Below are positions 20,848-31,200 of a stretch of 64,000 bases of DNA, piece by piece. Position 1 is the first letter of the stretch; every line of letters starts with the position of its first letter. This DNA comes from Pseudomonadota bacterium (GTDB lineage Bacteria; UBA10199; 2-02-FULL-44-16; JAAZCA01). Made by a program: the position numbers and the translations under genes. Where the stretch lies: assembly GCA_043798915.1 (NCBI GenBank), contig JAZDOG010000103.1:1-64000 (forward strand), read 5' to 3'. The notes beneath the pieces are model-generated. The model was not told the origin of the DNA and did no database searches. It saw nothing but the letters and a program-made list of their open reading frames with translations.

Positions 20848-21609
20848 TTACGCTGCGAAGTGCGCCAGCGCAAAGCGGACGTCATCGGTTATCACACCAT
20901 CGACACCGAGCGCAACGCACCGGTCGAAATCCTCCGGTCTGTTGACAGTCCATGCATGTACCTCGACGCCCCGCCTGTGCATCCGTCCGACGAGCCCCGG
21001 CGAGAGGGAGCCAAGCGATGCGTGGATTGCCGAAAGCCTCATGAGTCTAGCAAAAACTTCGGACCGTAAAAAGGAAAAAGCTTGCCCCTTGATTATTAGG
21101 GCGCGCGCAAACTGGGGATGGCATTTCGCCATTTCGCGGATGATGCGCACGGAGAAGGATGAGACGACAACCGGTCCCTGCATGTCCGCATCCGATATGG
21201 TATTGCCAACGATTTCCGCCGCCTTTGCAGCCATGCCCCGCTGCGATTTTATCTCGACTATCGTGAGGACCCGGCTCCTGCCTATGAGGGAGAGCGCCTC
21301 CGGAAGCGTTGGCATCGTGGTGCCTGGCCGACCTGCGCCAGCGCCCACATTGAGGGACCTGATGGTCTCATATGGTGTGGCGCGCACATGGCCATGAAAT
21401 GGCGTGAGGATCGAGAGGTTATCGTTGTGCGTGACGACAGGAACGAGGTCGGAGGTCAGCATGACGTCCAGCTCGATCCCGCCGGCGCCTAGTTCAAGAG
21501 CGAGCCGGAACGCCGGCAGGGTATTCTCCTGGGCCTCGCGCCGCGCGCCGCGGTGGGCGATGATCAGGGGTGTCTTGCAACCGGCTGATAGGGTGCGGTG
21601 GATGTCCAT
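20848..21609 (-). CDS. Glycerophosphodiester phosphodiesterase
   Basis: IIAHRG, ENTLPAF, ELDV, WTVN, GVITD. Confidence 0.93.
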   Translation of the reverse strand: MDIHRTLSAGCKTPLIIAHRGARREAQENTLPAFRLALELGAGGIELDVMLTSDLVPVVTHNDNLSILTPFHGHVRATPYETIRSLNVGAGAGRPGTTMPTLPEALSLIGRSRVLTIVEIKSQRGMAAKAAEIVGNTISDADMQGPVVVSSFSVRIIREMAKCHPQFARALIIKGQAFSFLRSEVFARLMRLSAIHASLGSLSPGLVGRMHRRGVEVHAWTVNRPEDFDRCVALGVDGVITDDVRFALAHFAA

Positions 21610-21615
21610 TGTCGG

Positions 21616-22362
21616 TCATGATCCGGTGTTCATGTTGCCCAGCTCGTACTGCCATATTGCGATCGCGGCGATCGCGGCCGTCTCCACCCGGAGGATCTGG
21701 GCCCCGAGGCTCACGGCGATCGCGCCGGCAGCCGTCGCAAGGCCTACCTCATCGTCGGTAAAGCCGCCCTCCGGGCCGATGATGATTATGTCTTCAGAGC
21801 TCCGGCAACCTTTTTCTCCCAGATCGGCGATCGAGGTCCTTTTTTCTCCTTCATACAAGAGGACGGCGCGGTTGAATTTTTTTGAAAGTTTCAGGAGATC
21901 GGCGAAGGAGCGAGGCTCGTCCACCTGCGGTCTAAAGGGGAGGCCGGACTGCTTTGCCGCTGCGACCGCTATTTTCTGCCAGCGCTCCGCCTTCCTGGCC
22001 CCTGCGGCCGCCGCATATTGCGGCACGGTCCGCGCCGAACAGAATGGGATGATGCGGCGGGTGCCCAGCTCGACCGCCTTCTCCAGCGCCCATTCAAAGC
22101 GGTCGCCCTTGATGATCGCGAGCGCGAGCGCCGGCGGAGATTTTGCCTCGGGCCTCCTGATCTCTTCCTCTATCTCGGCGCGGACGCTCTGCGACGAAAC
22201 CGAGCGTATGATCGCGCGAAATGAGCGTCCGCCTCCGTCGGAGAGGAGAATCCAATCCCCTGCGCGAAGTCTCAAGACCTGCGAGATGTGGCGGGCATCG
22301 CCGCCGCGGATCTCGATCTCGCCGCCCGTGCAGAATTTCCTGTCTATGAAGAACTGTGGCAT
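21616..22362 (-). CDS. rsmE: 16S rRNA m3U1498 methyltransferase
   Basis: HISQVLRL, KAVELG, IGPEGGF, ILRVETA. Confidence 0.96.
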   Translation of the reverse strand: MPQFFIDRKFCTGGEIEIRGGDARHISQVLRLRAGDWILLSDGGGRSFRAIIRSVSSQSVRAEIEEEIRRPEAKSPPALALAIIKGDRFEWALEKAVELGTRRIIPFCSARTVPQYAAAAGARKAERWQKIAVAAAKQSGLPFRPQVDEPRSFADLLKLSKKFNRAVLLYEGEKRTSIADLGEKGCRSSEDIIIIGPEGGFTDDEVGLATAAGAIAVSLGAQILRVETAAIAAIAIWQYELGNMNTGS

Positions 22363-22363
22363 A

Positions 22364-23245
22364 TTAACTAAACACCATGCAGCTCCACTCCCCGCGCCTC
22401 GTCGTCTGCTTCAGGATAAGCGGCGGGGCAAATGCGGCGGCGAGCCTCTCCTCCTGATCGCATGTGATTCCGGAGAGGATGAGATGCCCGCCGGCGGCCG
22501 TGCGGGAGATTAACTTGTCTTTGATTTCGATCAGCGTGAGCAGGAGTATGTTGGCCGCGACGAGATCGAAGCGGCCGTCGATCCGCTGCAGCGATTCAGC
22601 CGTCGCGATGTCCTGCACGCCGTTTGTGCCGAAATTGTCGCGCGCGACGCCGAGCGCGTCGGCGTCGGTCTCAACGGCCGCCACGCGCCCGATGCCGATC
22701 TTCCGCGCGACGATCGAGAGCAGGCCGCTGCCCGTGCCGACATCGAGGAGGGACGAGACTGGCCGTGTCTTGGCGAAGCGATATATCGCCTCTGCGCACA
22801 GTCTCGTCGTCTCATGCAGGCCCGTTCCGAACGCCATGCCGGGATCCAGCGTGATGGTGGTTTCGCCCCGCTTCGCTTCGTAGTGCTCCCAGCTGGGGGC
22901 GGCGACGATCCCCGGGACGATCTTGAACGGCTTGAACCACTGGCGCCAATCCCTCTGCCAGTCGGCGCTGCCCGCCGTGACGATATCGATGTTCGTTCCA
23001 GCAAGGGGAGGGAAGGGGGTGAAGGAATCCCGAATTCTCCTTTGCAGCGCCGCGCTCTCCTCTTCTTTTGCGCTGAAATATGCGACGAGCCTGACGCGGC
23101 CAGGGCTTGCGGAGGCCTCCTCCACGATTCCGTTGCATCCCAACTCATGCAGGAGATGGCTCGCGAGCCCGGCCTCCTCGATTCCAGGTTCGATCGATGC
23201 GGCGTGCCAGCTTTCTTTGTGTCCGGTGTTTTGCGTTGGCTTCAT
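22364..23245 (-). CDS. prmA: Ribosomal protein L11 methyltransferase
   Basis: LDPGMAFGTGLHETT, LDVGTGSG, ANIL, LSGI. Confidence 0.95.
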   Translation of the reverse strand: MKPTQNTGHKESWHAASIEPGIEEAGLASHLLHELGCNGIVEEASASPGRVRLVAYFSAKEEESAALQRRIRDSFTPFPPLAGTNIDIVTAGSADWQRDWRQWFKPFKIVPGIVAAPSWEHYEAKRGETTITLDPGMAFGTGLHETTRLCAEAIYRFAKTRPVSSLLDVGTGSGLLSIVARKIGIGRVAAVETDADALGVARDNFGTNGVQDIATAESLQRIDGRFDLVAANILLLTLIEIKDKLISRTAAGGHLILSGITCDQEERLAAAFAPPLILKQTTRRGEWSCMVFS

Positions 23246-23312
23246 AAATTGACGCAATCATCTAGCATATGCTAGCCTGCGGCGCAACAAGTGGCCGGAA
23301 GAGGAGGTTTTC

Positions 23313-24086
23313 ATGATCTACAGCTGCCCCAACTGCAACGCCCGGTTCCAGAGCGACACGTCAGGCGTCGTCCTCTGTCCATCGTGCAATTCAAAAGTTC
23401 GGGTCATGGCGGAGGCACAGACGGGCTGTTCATGGGACCGCGCTGCAAAAGGAGGATGGGCCTCAGCCTTTTTCGATTCAGTCAAGCTCTCCATAGTCGA
23501 CCCGGTCGCGTTCTTCTCAGAGGTCGGGGAGGGCCGGGGAATGGCGCGGCCATGGATATTTGCCGTCGTGATATTCTTCGTGGTCTTCTCGGTCGCCGCC
23601 GCTTATCAGGCTGGTTTTCAGGCTCTGGCCGTGAGCCTCAATCTTGCCGCCGATATCGAGAAGGCGATGATTCCCATAGCCGCGCTCTCGCTGCCGCTGA
23701 CGATCTTTGCGATTGTGCTCCTGGCGGTCATCATAGTCCCCATGTTTGCCACGTTCGTGGTATTTCTGCAGTCCGGCATATATCATCTCTGCCTGATGAT
23801 CCTGGGTTCGGCGCGCCGCGACTTCTCGGCGACATTTCGCACCGTGTGTTACACGTCCGGCCCGCAGCTCTTCCAGATAGTCCCGCTGCTCGGCAGCGTT
23901 GTGGGCCCGATCTGGCAGCTGGTCCTCGCGATCATCGGCCTCAAGGTCGTGCATAAAACGACGTACGGCAGAAGCGCGCTGGCGATCTTCCTTCCGACGA
24001 TCCTCTGCTGCGGGGCGCTGCTGCTCGTGATCGCCGTGGCCGCCGGCGGCGTGGCTGCCGCATTTTTGAGGACGGCGGTCCACTGA
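23313..24086 (+). CDS. Zn-ribbon + YIP1-family membrane protein
   Basis: CPNC...CPSC N-terminus and ~5 hydrophobic segments. Confidence 0.8.
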   Translation: MIYSCPNCNARFQSDTSGVVLCPSCNSKVRVMAEAQTGCSWDRAAKGGWASAFFDSVKLSIVDPVAFFSEVGEGRGMARPWIFAVVIFFVVFSVAAAYQAGFQALAVSLNLAADIEKAMIPIAALSLPLTIFAIVLLAVIIVPMFATFVVFLQSGIYHLCLMILGSARRDFSATFRTVCYTSGPQLFQIVPLLGSVVGPIWQLVLAIIGLKVVHKTTYGRSALAIFLPTILCCGALLLVIAVAAGGVAAAFLRTAVH

Positions 24087-24097
24087 CTGGAGAAATT

Positions 24098-25054
24098 ATG
24101 AAAGAGGGTTTTGCAATCGGCATAGATCTGGGCGGCACTAATCTCAAGGTTGGGGTCGTCGATTCAAGCGGGCGCGTCGCTGTTTCGCGCTCGGTGCCGG
24201 TGGGGCAGGACAGGTCCGCGCGGGGCATCGTGGCGCAGATCATCGAAGAGGCGGCTCGGTTGAGGAGAGAGGCGCCCGGCCCTGTCATTGCGCTTGGTTG
24301 CGGCGTCCCCGGCATAGTCGATTTCGAGAAGGGCATCGTCTACAGCTCTCCCAATCTGCCGGAATGGGGCGATGTGCCGGTGCGAGAACTTCTCCTCAAG
24401 GGCACCGGCCTTCCGGTCGCGCTGGACAACGACGCCAACATGTACGCGCTGGGCGAATGCCGCTTCGGCGCGGGCAGGGGACACCGCAACATGGTGCTTT
24501 TGACGCTCGGGACCGGGATCGGCGGGGGGATCGTCTTGAACGGGGAGGTCTTTCACGGCGACGACGGATTCGCGGGCGAGGTGGGACATCTGGTCGTGGA
24601 GCCTGAGGGAATTTCTTGCGGTTGCGGGGGGAGGGGATGCTGGGAGAGGTACGCCGCGTCGCGCGGCTTTCAGGTCCACGCGGAGAGGCTGGAGAAAAAA
24701 GAGCGCGAGGCGCTTCTGGCCGCAGCCGGCACCGATCTTGCCGGACTCACACCCGAACTCATGGCGAAGCTCGCGGGGTCGGGAAATAAAATTGCTATAG
24801 AGCTGTGGGGGACGCTCGGCAGATATCTGGGCATCGGTATCGCCACTCTCTTGAACATTCTCGGCGTCTATACTTTCGTCGTCGGCGGGGGTATCGCGAG
24901 GTCCATGGATCTCTTCGCTGGTTCAGCGAAGAGGGAGGCGCTTGCCCACACCTATCCTCGCCACGAGGCAAGCCTCTCGATCATCCGAGCTGCCCTCGGC
25001 GACAACGCCGGCATCGTCGGCGCAGCGACCGAAGCGCTGGCCATGGCGAAATGA
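24098..25054 (+). CDS. ROK-family sugar kinase (glucokinase-like)
   Basis: GIDLGGT, NDAN, GTGIGGG, GEVGH, CGCGGRGCWE. Confidence 0.93.
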   Translation: MKEGFAIGIDLGGTNLKVGVVDSSGRVAVSRSVPVGQDRSARGIVAQIIEEAARLRREAPGPVIALGCGVPGIVDFEKGIVYSSPNLPEWGDVPVRELLLKGTGLPVALDNDANMYALGECRFGAGRGHRNMVLLTLGTGIGGGIVLNGEVFHGDDGFAGEVGHLVVEPEGISCGCGGRGCWERYAASRGFQVHAERLEKKEREALLAAAGTDLAGLTPELMAKLAGSGNKIAIELWGTLGRYLGIGIATLLNILGVYTFVVGGGIARSMDLFAGSAKREALAHTYPRHEASLSIIRAALGDNAGIVGAATEALAMAK

Positions 25055-25090
25055 ACTAAAATCCCTGCATTTTTCCTGTCTTTTTTTCAC

Positions 25091-25118
25091 GCAACTTCTG
25101 TCTTTTCCTGCCGATAAT
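25091..25118 (+). promoter_or_regulatory. sigma28/FliA-like promoter motif
   Basis: GCAACTTCTG-N10-CCGATAAT, with a perfect FliA -10 GCCGATAA at 25110-25117. Confidence 0.7.
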
Positions 25119-25203
25119 AAAGGTAAAGGCACCCGTTTGCGGTGGTGTGCAGTCATTAGTTTAACTTATTTTATATAACCCATTGTAAAACAAAGGTAAG
25201 TTC

Positions 25204-28200
25204 ATGACGGCAGGTGGTGAGATAAAGAAACTGGGCGGCAATTCTGCGGACACGGCCGTCTGGCACCACGGCGCTCCGTCTGACGGGTGGGATGTTCCTG
25301 TCTTCGATCCCAGCGCCAGCTCCTCCTACGACACGGAGGCTTTGCCTCCCGCGCCTCTCCTGCCGACCAAACCGCTGCCCCCCGGTCCATGGGATATAAG
25401 GTCGCCGCGCGAAAAGGCGCGCGATGAAGCCCGCTCCTTGTGGGATCAATATCAGAAGCTGGCCGCAATCCCGATCGAGGGCAGGCATTTCAAGGACGAA
25501 AACGGCATCCAGCGAATCGAATTCGGCGACGATGCCGTCATGCTTCTGCATGTCCGGCTTGCCCATCTGAAAACGGTCATGTCTCTGGCCAGGAGCTCAG
25601 ACGACACGGAGCTCCTCCAGAAAGCCCGGTCGAAGGTGTTCTATGATTTCGACTCCCTCTCGCAGATATATGCGGGCCGCGGGGATCGTTCCGCCCTCAA
25701 GGGCTTAAAGCTCGAAGACTACGCCATGAGCATGTCGCTCGGCGAATTCAAGCGGGCCGAGAAGCTCAAGGATGAGATCGTCCGACAGTTTTTGAGGGGC
25801 GACCCGGCGGGGCAGAATCTGTTTCTGGCAACGCATGCGTTCAAGACGAACGATTTCAAACAGGCCCGGATATTTTTCTCGGCGGCCAGAGACAAAATCA
25901 AAGCGGCCGATTCAAGGGATCCCCGCGTCGAGGAGATCGGAGAGATCATCGCCCACGAGATCCCTCGGGCCGAGGTGGAGTATGACCGGTTCACGCGGAT
26001 GGCGAGGCGCCTCGCGTGGCTCGACTTTGTGGAGAAGAGCTCGGAGCTGCATGGTGCCGTGGAGGCCGCAGGCGCGGAAGGTCGGCAGGCTCTCATCGCC
26101 GAGATCCGCTCGCTGCTCCTGTCGGGAAATCCGGAGATCACCACCTATGACGATGCTGTGAAAGAGATCGAGCGGAGGAGCAGGCAGGAGCTCTCGTTTC
26201 AGAAGAAGCCGGCGACCTTCGGCGAGATGAGGGCCCACGGATTTCAGAAGGGAAACGACAATCCGTTTTATCACACGAATCTCCTCGGCGTAGCGCGCGG
26301 CGACGGCTATTTCAACCGGATCATCGAGATAGATCGGTCAGACCCGGGGCGATCGCTCTTCAAGATGGTCGAGATGGCGCAGTGGGCGCGCCGCGAGGGG
26401 TCATACGACCTGGCCGAGATATTGCTCGAATCGGTGAAGAAGAATTCAGGCGGCGGAGAGCCGATCTGGCACGAGGCAAACGAGATTCTCAAGAGCCTCA
26501 AGGGAGAGGGTTTCCACATCTCGGACCGCGGCAGGGATCTGCTCATAGATGTCGGCGTGGAGGCGATGCTCACGATCATCGCCGGGGCGACGGTCGGCGG
26601 CCTTCTTGCCCGCGGGGCTGTGGCGCTGATGAAGTACGGCTCCCTGATCGCGAAGGCGCGCAAGTACGCGAGGGTGGCAGGCGTGCTCGCCAACCCTGGC
26701 GTACAGTGGGGCGTGGGGATAGTGGCTTCCGCGCAGGGTCTGACTGGGACGAGCCAGCTGCTGAATTATGTGCGGGGCCGTCCGAGCGAGGGTTATCTTG
26801 CGACCTCGGCAAAGGACCTGGCGGCGATGCTGTCGATATCCGCCGGCGGATTTGCGTTCGGCAAAGGTTTTTCGCTCGGCACGAGAGAGTTGAAGCTGAT
26901 GAATCGGATGGTGAAATTTGCCGCCACGGAAGACCGGGCGATCCTCACGTTTGGCAGGCCGCTCAAGGAGCTCTCCGAGGCGGAGAAGGTATATCTCACG
27001 CTGACCGATTCGGGGAAGGCGATCTATCGGCTGGGCGAGCTCACGACGCAGGCGCACATGATGATGGGCCTGCAGGCCGCCGAGGCCTCGTTGAAACTCT
27101 GCGAGGGCTGCCCGACAAACGAAAACTTAAGCCATCTGACAAGGCTCCTCGCAACGATGCGCGACTTCTACCTGATCCACAAGGGGTCCCAGGCCAGCGG
27201 CGCGATTGCTGAGAAGGCGAAGGATGTCTATCGCCGAGCGACATCAAAAGAGCTGCCCTCGGTCGTCGATCAAGCCGCGGATGTCGCGCGGCGGATGTTC
27301 GGTTTCAAGTCCGCGGATGAGATGACCGCGGAGGCATTGAAGAGCGCATACAAGGCCTACGCAAGAAAGCATCACGCCGACATGGGCGGAGACGGCGGCG
27401 GAGACGGCTTGAAGGTCGGCCAGGCGGTGACGCTCGCCAACATACTGATCAAGAACATGAGGGGCGAGGCGCTGACGGCGGAAGATATCAGGAACTTAAG
27501 CGATTGCATCAGGGATTACAAATCGGGTCCCCAAACAGCAAAGGCGCCGGACGCACAGAAGCCCGCCGCTGCCAGAACGCCGCTTGTCCTGGAAGCGAAG
27601 GAAGCCCCGGTCATTGAGATCGATTCCGCTCGCAAGAAGAGCGCCCTCGCAAAACGACCGCCCGCCACTGCGGAAGAAGGTGTCGCATCGGAAATCCGCG
27701 GGTCGGTCGCGAATATGATCGCCGGCGCGACCGCGTTCCTCGCGGGTTGTGACGGCACACAGCTTTTCAGAGACCATCCGTTCGCTGCGGCGATCGCCGG
27801 CGCGACTGCGCTCTTCGGTGCGCTTGGAGGTCGTAGTATCGTCCGCAGGATCATCGACTTCATTCGCCCGCCGCATCTGCCCAAGGATATTGAAACAGCT
27901 CCCGCCGGTTCCGCGATGTCTGCTGAGCCGCTTGCATCGCCTGCCACGGGCCGTGTGACGGATCGGGTCGATGAGGCAATCGGCGGAGGGGCGCAAGCGG
28001 GCGAAATAGCCGCGGAAGAAATGCCGCGCCTGGATCCGGCGGAACTTGAGCCCCCCGTTGCGGCGGCAGAGCCTGTTGCAAAAGTAGAGGTTCACCATAC
28101 TCCGCCAGCCTGGTTGTCCAGGGCGCTCGAGTCAGAATCCAAAGGCGCAGTCGACGTGGAAAAATATCCGCCGGCAATGCGCGAACCGCTGAGGGCGTTT

Positions 28201-31200
28201 ATGAACCGCGCGGGCGCGCTGTTGCAGAAAATGGTTGTCCCCGAAGACGGGAAAGGCCCGATACATCTCGTGGTCATCGAGGACGCAAACCCAAACGCGA
28301 CCTATTTTGTTCACGACGGTCAGGTGGTGGTCGGAATCACGCTGGGGCTGATTGAAACGCTGGAGAGCGACGATGAGCTGGCGTTCATCTTCGGGCACGA
28401 GTTTGAGCACGCCCATTCTCAATTGCAGAAGAGAGTCGATGCCCTGCGCTGGCACGAGGCCTTTTTCCTGCAGAGGCCGGTTGAGAACGAGGTGGATGTA
28501 AGAAGCGTGGGGCGCATGCTCGATAAGGGGGGAAATCCGCACGAGGCTTCATCGTGGTTAAAGAGGATGAGAGCTAAATTTGGGGACATGCCCGGACTTA
28601 CACATCCGACACATGGCTCGCGGGTTGACACGATCGACGCCGCGATCACGGCAAATGTCCGTCTGAGGGGTCAAGGCAGGGAACATCGCCTGAACGGCGC
28701 GCCAAAAAGGACGGATGTCCTGGGAAGCATCAGGCAGGCGCTTTTTGGACGAGGTCAGCTTCAGTCGGCGCTTTATCAAAGGGCAGAGGAACTCTTAAAT
28801 CCGGTTGGAATAGTCGACCACTATTTTGAGGCGGTGCGGGATGGCAATGAACGGGCATTTCCGATAGAAATAGAAACAGAAAACCATCGTAGATCCCAAT
28901 TTAGAACGGAGGCAATCTTTGCTAAATGCTTTATACATCGGTGGGGAGCTATAGAAGCCCTTTTCCCCCCTTCCCATGGCGATGCCAATGGCGATCCCAA
29001 AGAGAAGGCCAGAAGGGTCGATATGCAGCTCAGGCTTGCGAGGAACCTGCATGACGAGTTCGAGCGGGCGAGGACAGAATTTTTGGGCGGCGATTTTGCG
29101 CCGGCAAATCGGGCGCAGTTTGAGGCGGCGGCAAACTTAGAGATGCGCAGTTGGCCGATTGCTGTGCCGAATTTAGTGGGAGCACTTAAAGAGAGAGACC
29201 TCCTGAATGGAAAGAAGGCTAGGCTCGCGGGGGGGGTGACGCCCGCAGGAATAAAAGAAGAGTTGGAGTGGGTAGAATACCGGGTCGAAATTGCCAAGGC
29301 TTTTTTCGAACCCGGCAAGGCGTTGGATCGTTTTGTAGTCGAAGGATATAAAGGATATATAGACAGAGAGTCCTCGTTTTACCTTGGCTACGAACACAAT
29401 GTTTCCAGCTACCTGGAGATGTCCAGGCAATATGGTCTTCGCATTCGCTATATCCATGACCGGATTGCCAGTGTGCATGAAAGGGTGGAACAAACAGATA
29501 CAGATAGCAGGCCGCGCATGGCGCTCATGGCCATAAATTTAAGCGACTTCATGGATGCATGGCACGAAATTGGCTTCTTCAGCAGGGTTACAGCAGATGC
29601 CAAAAGGGCCGTGTGGGGGAAGGCACAGGCACTCTTGAAACAGGCTGACCCAAAATCGAAAGAGGCGGAGCAGCTCACATCTTTGCTGTTCCAGAATTTA
29701 AGGGAGTTTGCAGGCATCCTGCCGTCCGAGACGCAAAGATTTGCGGTTCAAGAACTTGGCAGAGAGATAGACGGCGCTGCGGATTTGCTTGCGTTGGATA
29801 GGGTCGGGAGTGCTTTGCTGGGAAATTTAGCTTTCCTCGGTGAAGAAAAGGGGCGGGTCGTCCGCGCCTTCCAGGAAAAGATGGTAAGCGCCTGTCTGGA
29901 ATGGGTTGGGAGTTCGGATCTCCGAAGCGCGTTGAGAAAAATTGCGAAAATCGACGGGCTTGTCCACGGATATGACGACACCGAAATATCGTTTGAGCAA
30001 TATCAAACGGACGCGCCGCTGGTCGGGCAATTTGCCGATAGATTGCGTTCCGCAGCCATCGGCGCCGGATTGGATGAGGCTCAGCTGGCAACGCTCATCT
30101 ACGTGCAAATCCCGTCTTTGATGCCGGCTTCCATCGGACCCGCGGAACTTGCCCGGATGCGCGCGCAATTTATTGCCACCTGCAATGATCCAAAATTCAA
30201 AGGGCTTTTTACCGGACTGTTTGGGATCTACGACACCATGTTCACATTCAGCGAATCGCTGGCGTCACAGGGCGGCGAAGAAAGGGCCATGCGGGCAGAG
30301 TTACATCGGCTCAGGCTCACGGCCAGCCGTGATTGGCCTGAAAGTACCCATCCCTTTGTGCCAATGAGGGTAAGACGCGGGGTGTTGCGCAGGATTGACG
30401 TGTTACAATTGAAACTGATGGCCATCAGGGCGAAAAAAATAATGGGCAACTGCGAGCTGATAGTTGCAACTCCGCATATTTGGAGACTTTCTGGAGAAGA
30501 AAATGGCGACGAATTTTCATGGTCATACAAACTCCAATTCAACGATAGCAGCAGTTTTCGAGCGCAGGTTTTGGAAAGGCTGGCAAGAGAGCGTCCCTGG
30601 GACATAAGGACCGCTTCCCTTATGATTCGCACGCGCACGGAAGGCTCCGCACAGGGAGAATTTCTCAAGGCGCATTTCAAGTGGCACATGAAGGTGACAG
30701 GATCAGTGGAAGGGGCTGCGTATGGATTTTGGAAATCGCTTGGTGAAGCAAAAATCAATCCTGGTCAATCAGAGGAAATGGATGATGTCATCGCCTCTTT
30801 TTATTCTGAGGAAGTTCAAGACAAGGATGGAGAAAAGAGATTCGTGCTGTCCGATCCGGATATATTTATCGCCTATCGGCGCGGGGTTGCCAGATTTGTC
30901 GAGGAAGCAGGCTTAAGCGACCCGCGCGCCCAAATGTGGAAGAGGACATCTTGGGGTCCGGTGGCTTCATTTCTGAATGACGCCACGAGGTACAAAAAAT
31001 ATCCGCCGCAAAAAATTGCCGGAGTTCTTCACGATTATGTGGTTGAAAGGGTAGAAGAGAATAAAAGAACTGGTTTCTATGTGAGTGATGAAACAGCCAA
31101 AACCGTGGATTGGCTTTGGAGTCACAGGGGTGATCCAGCGGTTGAAAGGGTGCTCGAACATCCATACATGGTCAGGGCCGCGCTCCATCAATCGGCCCAG

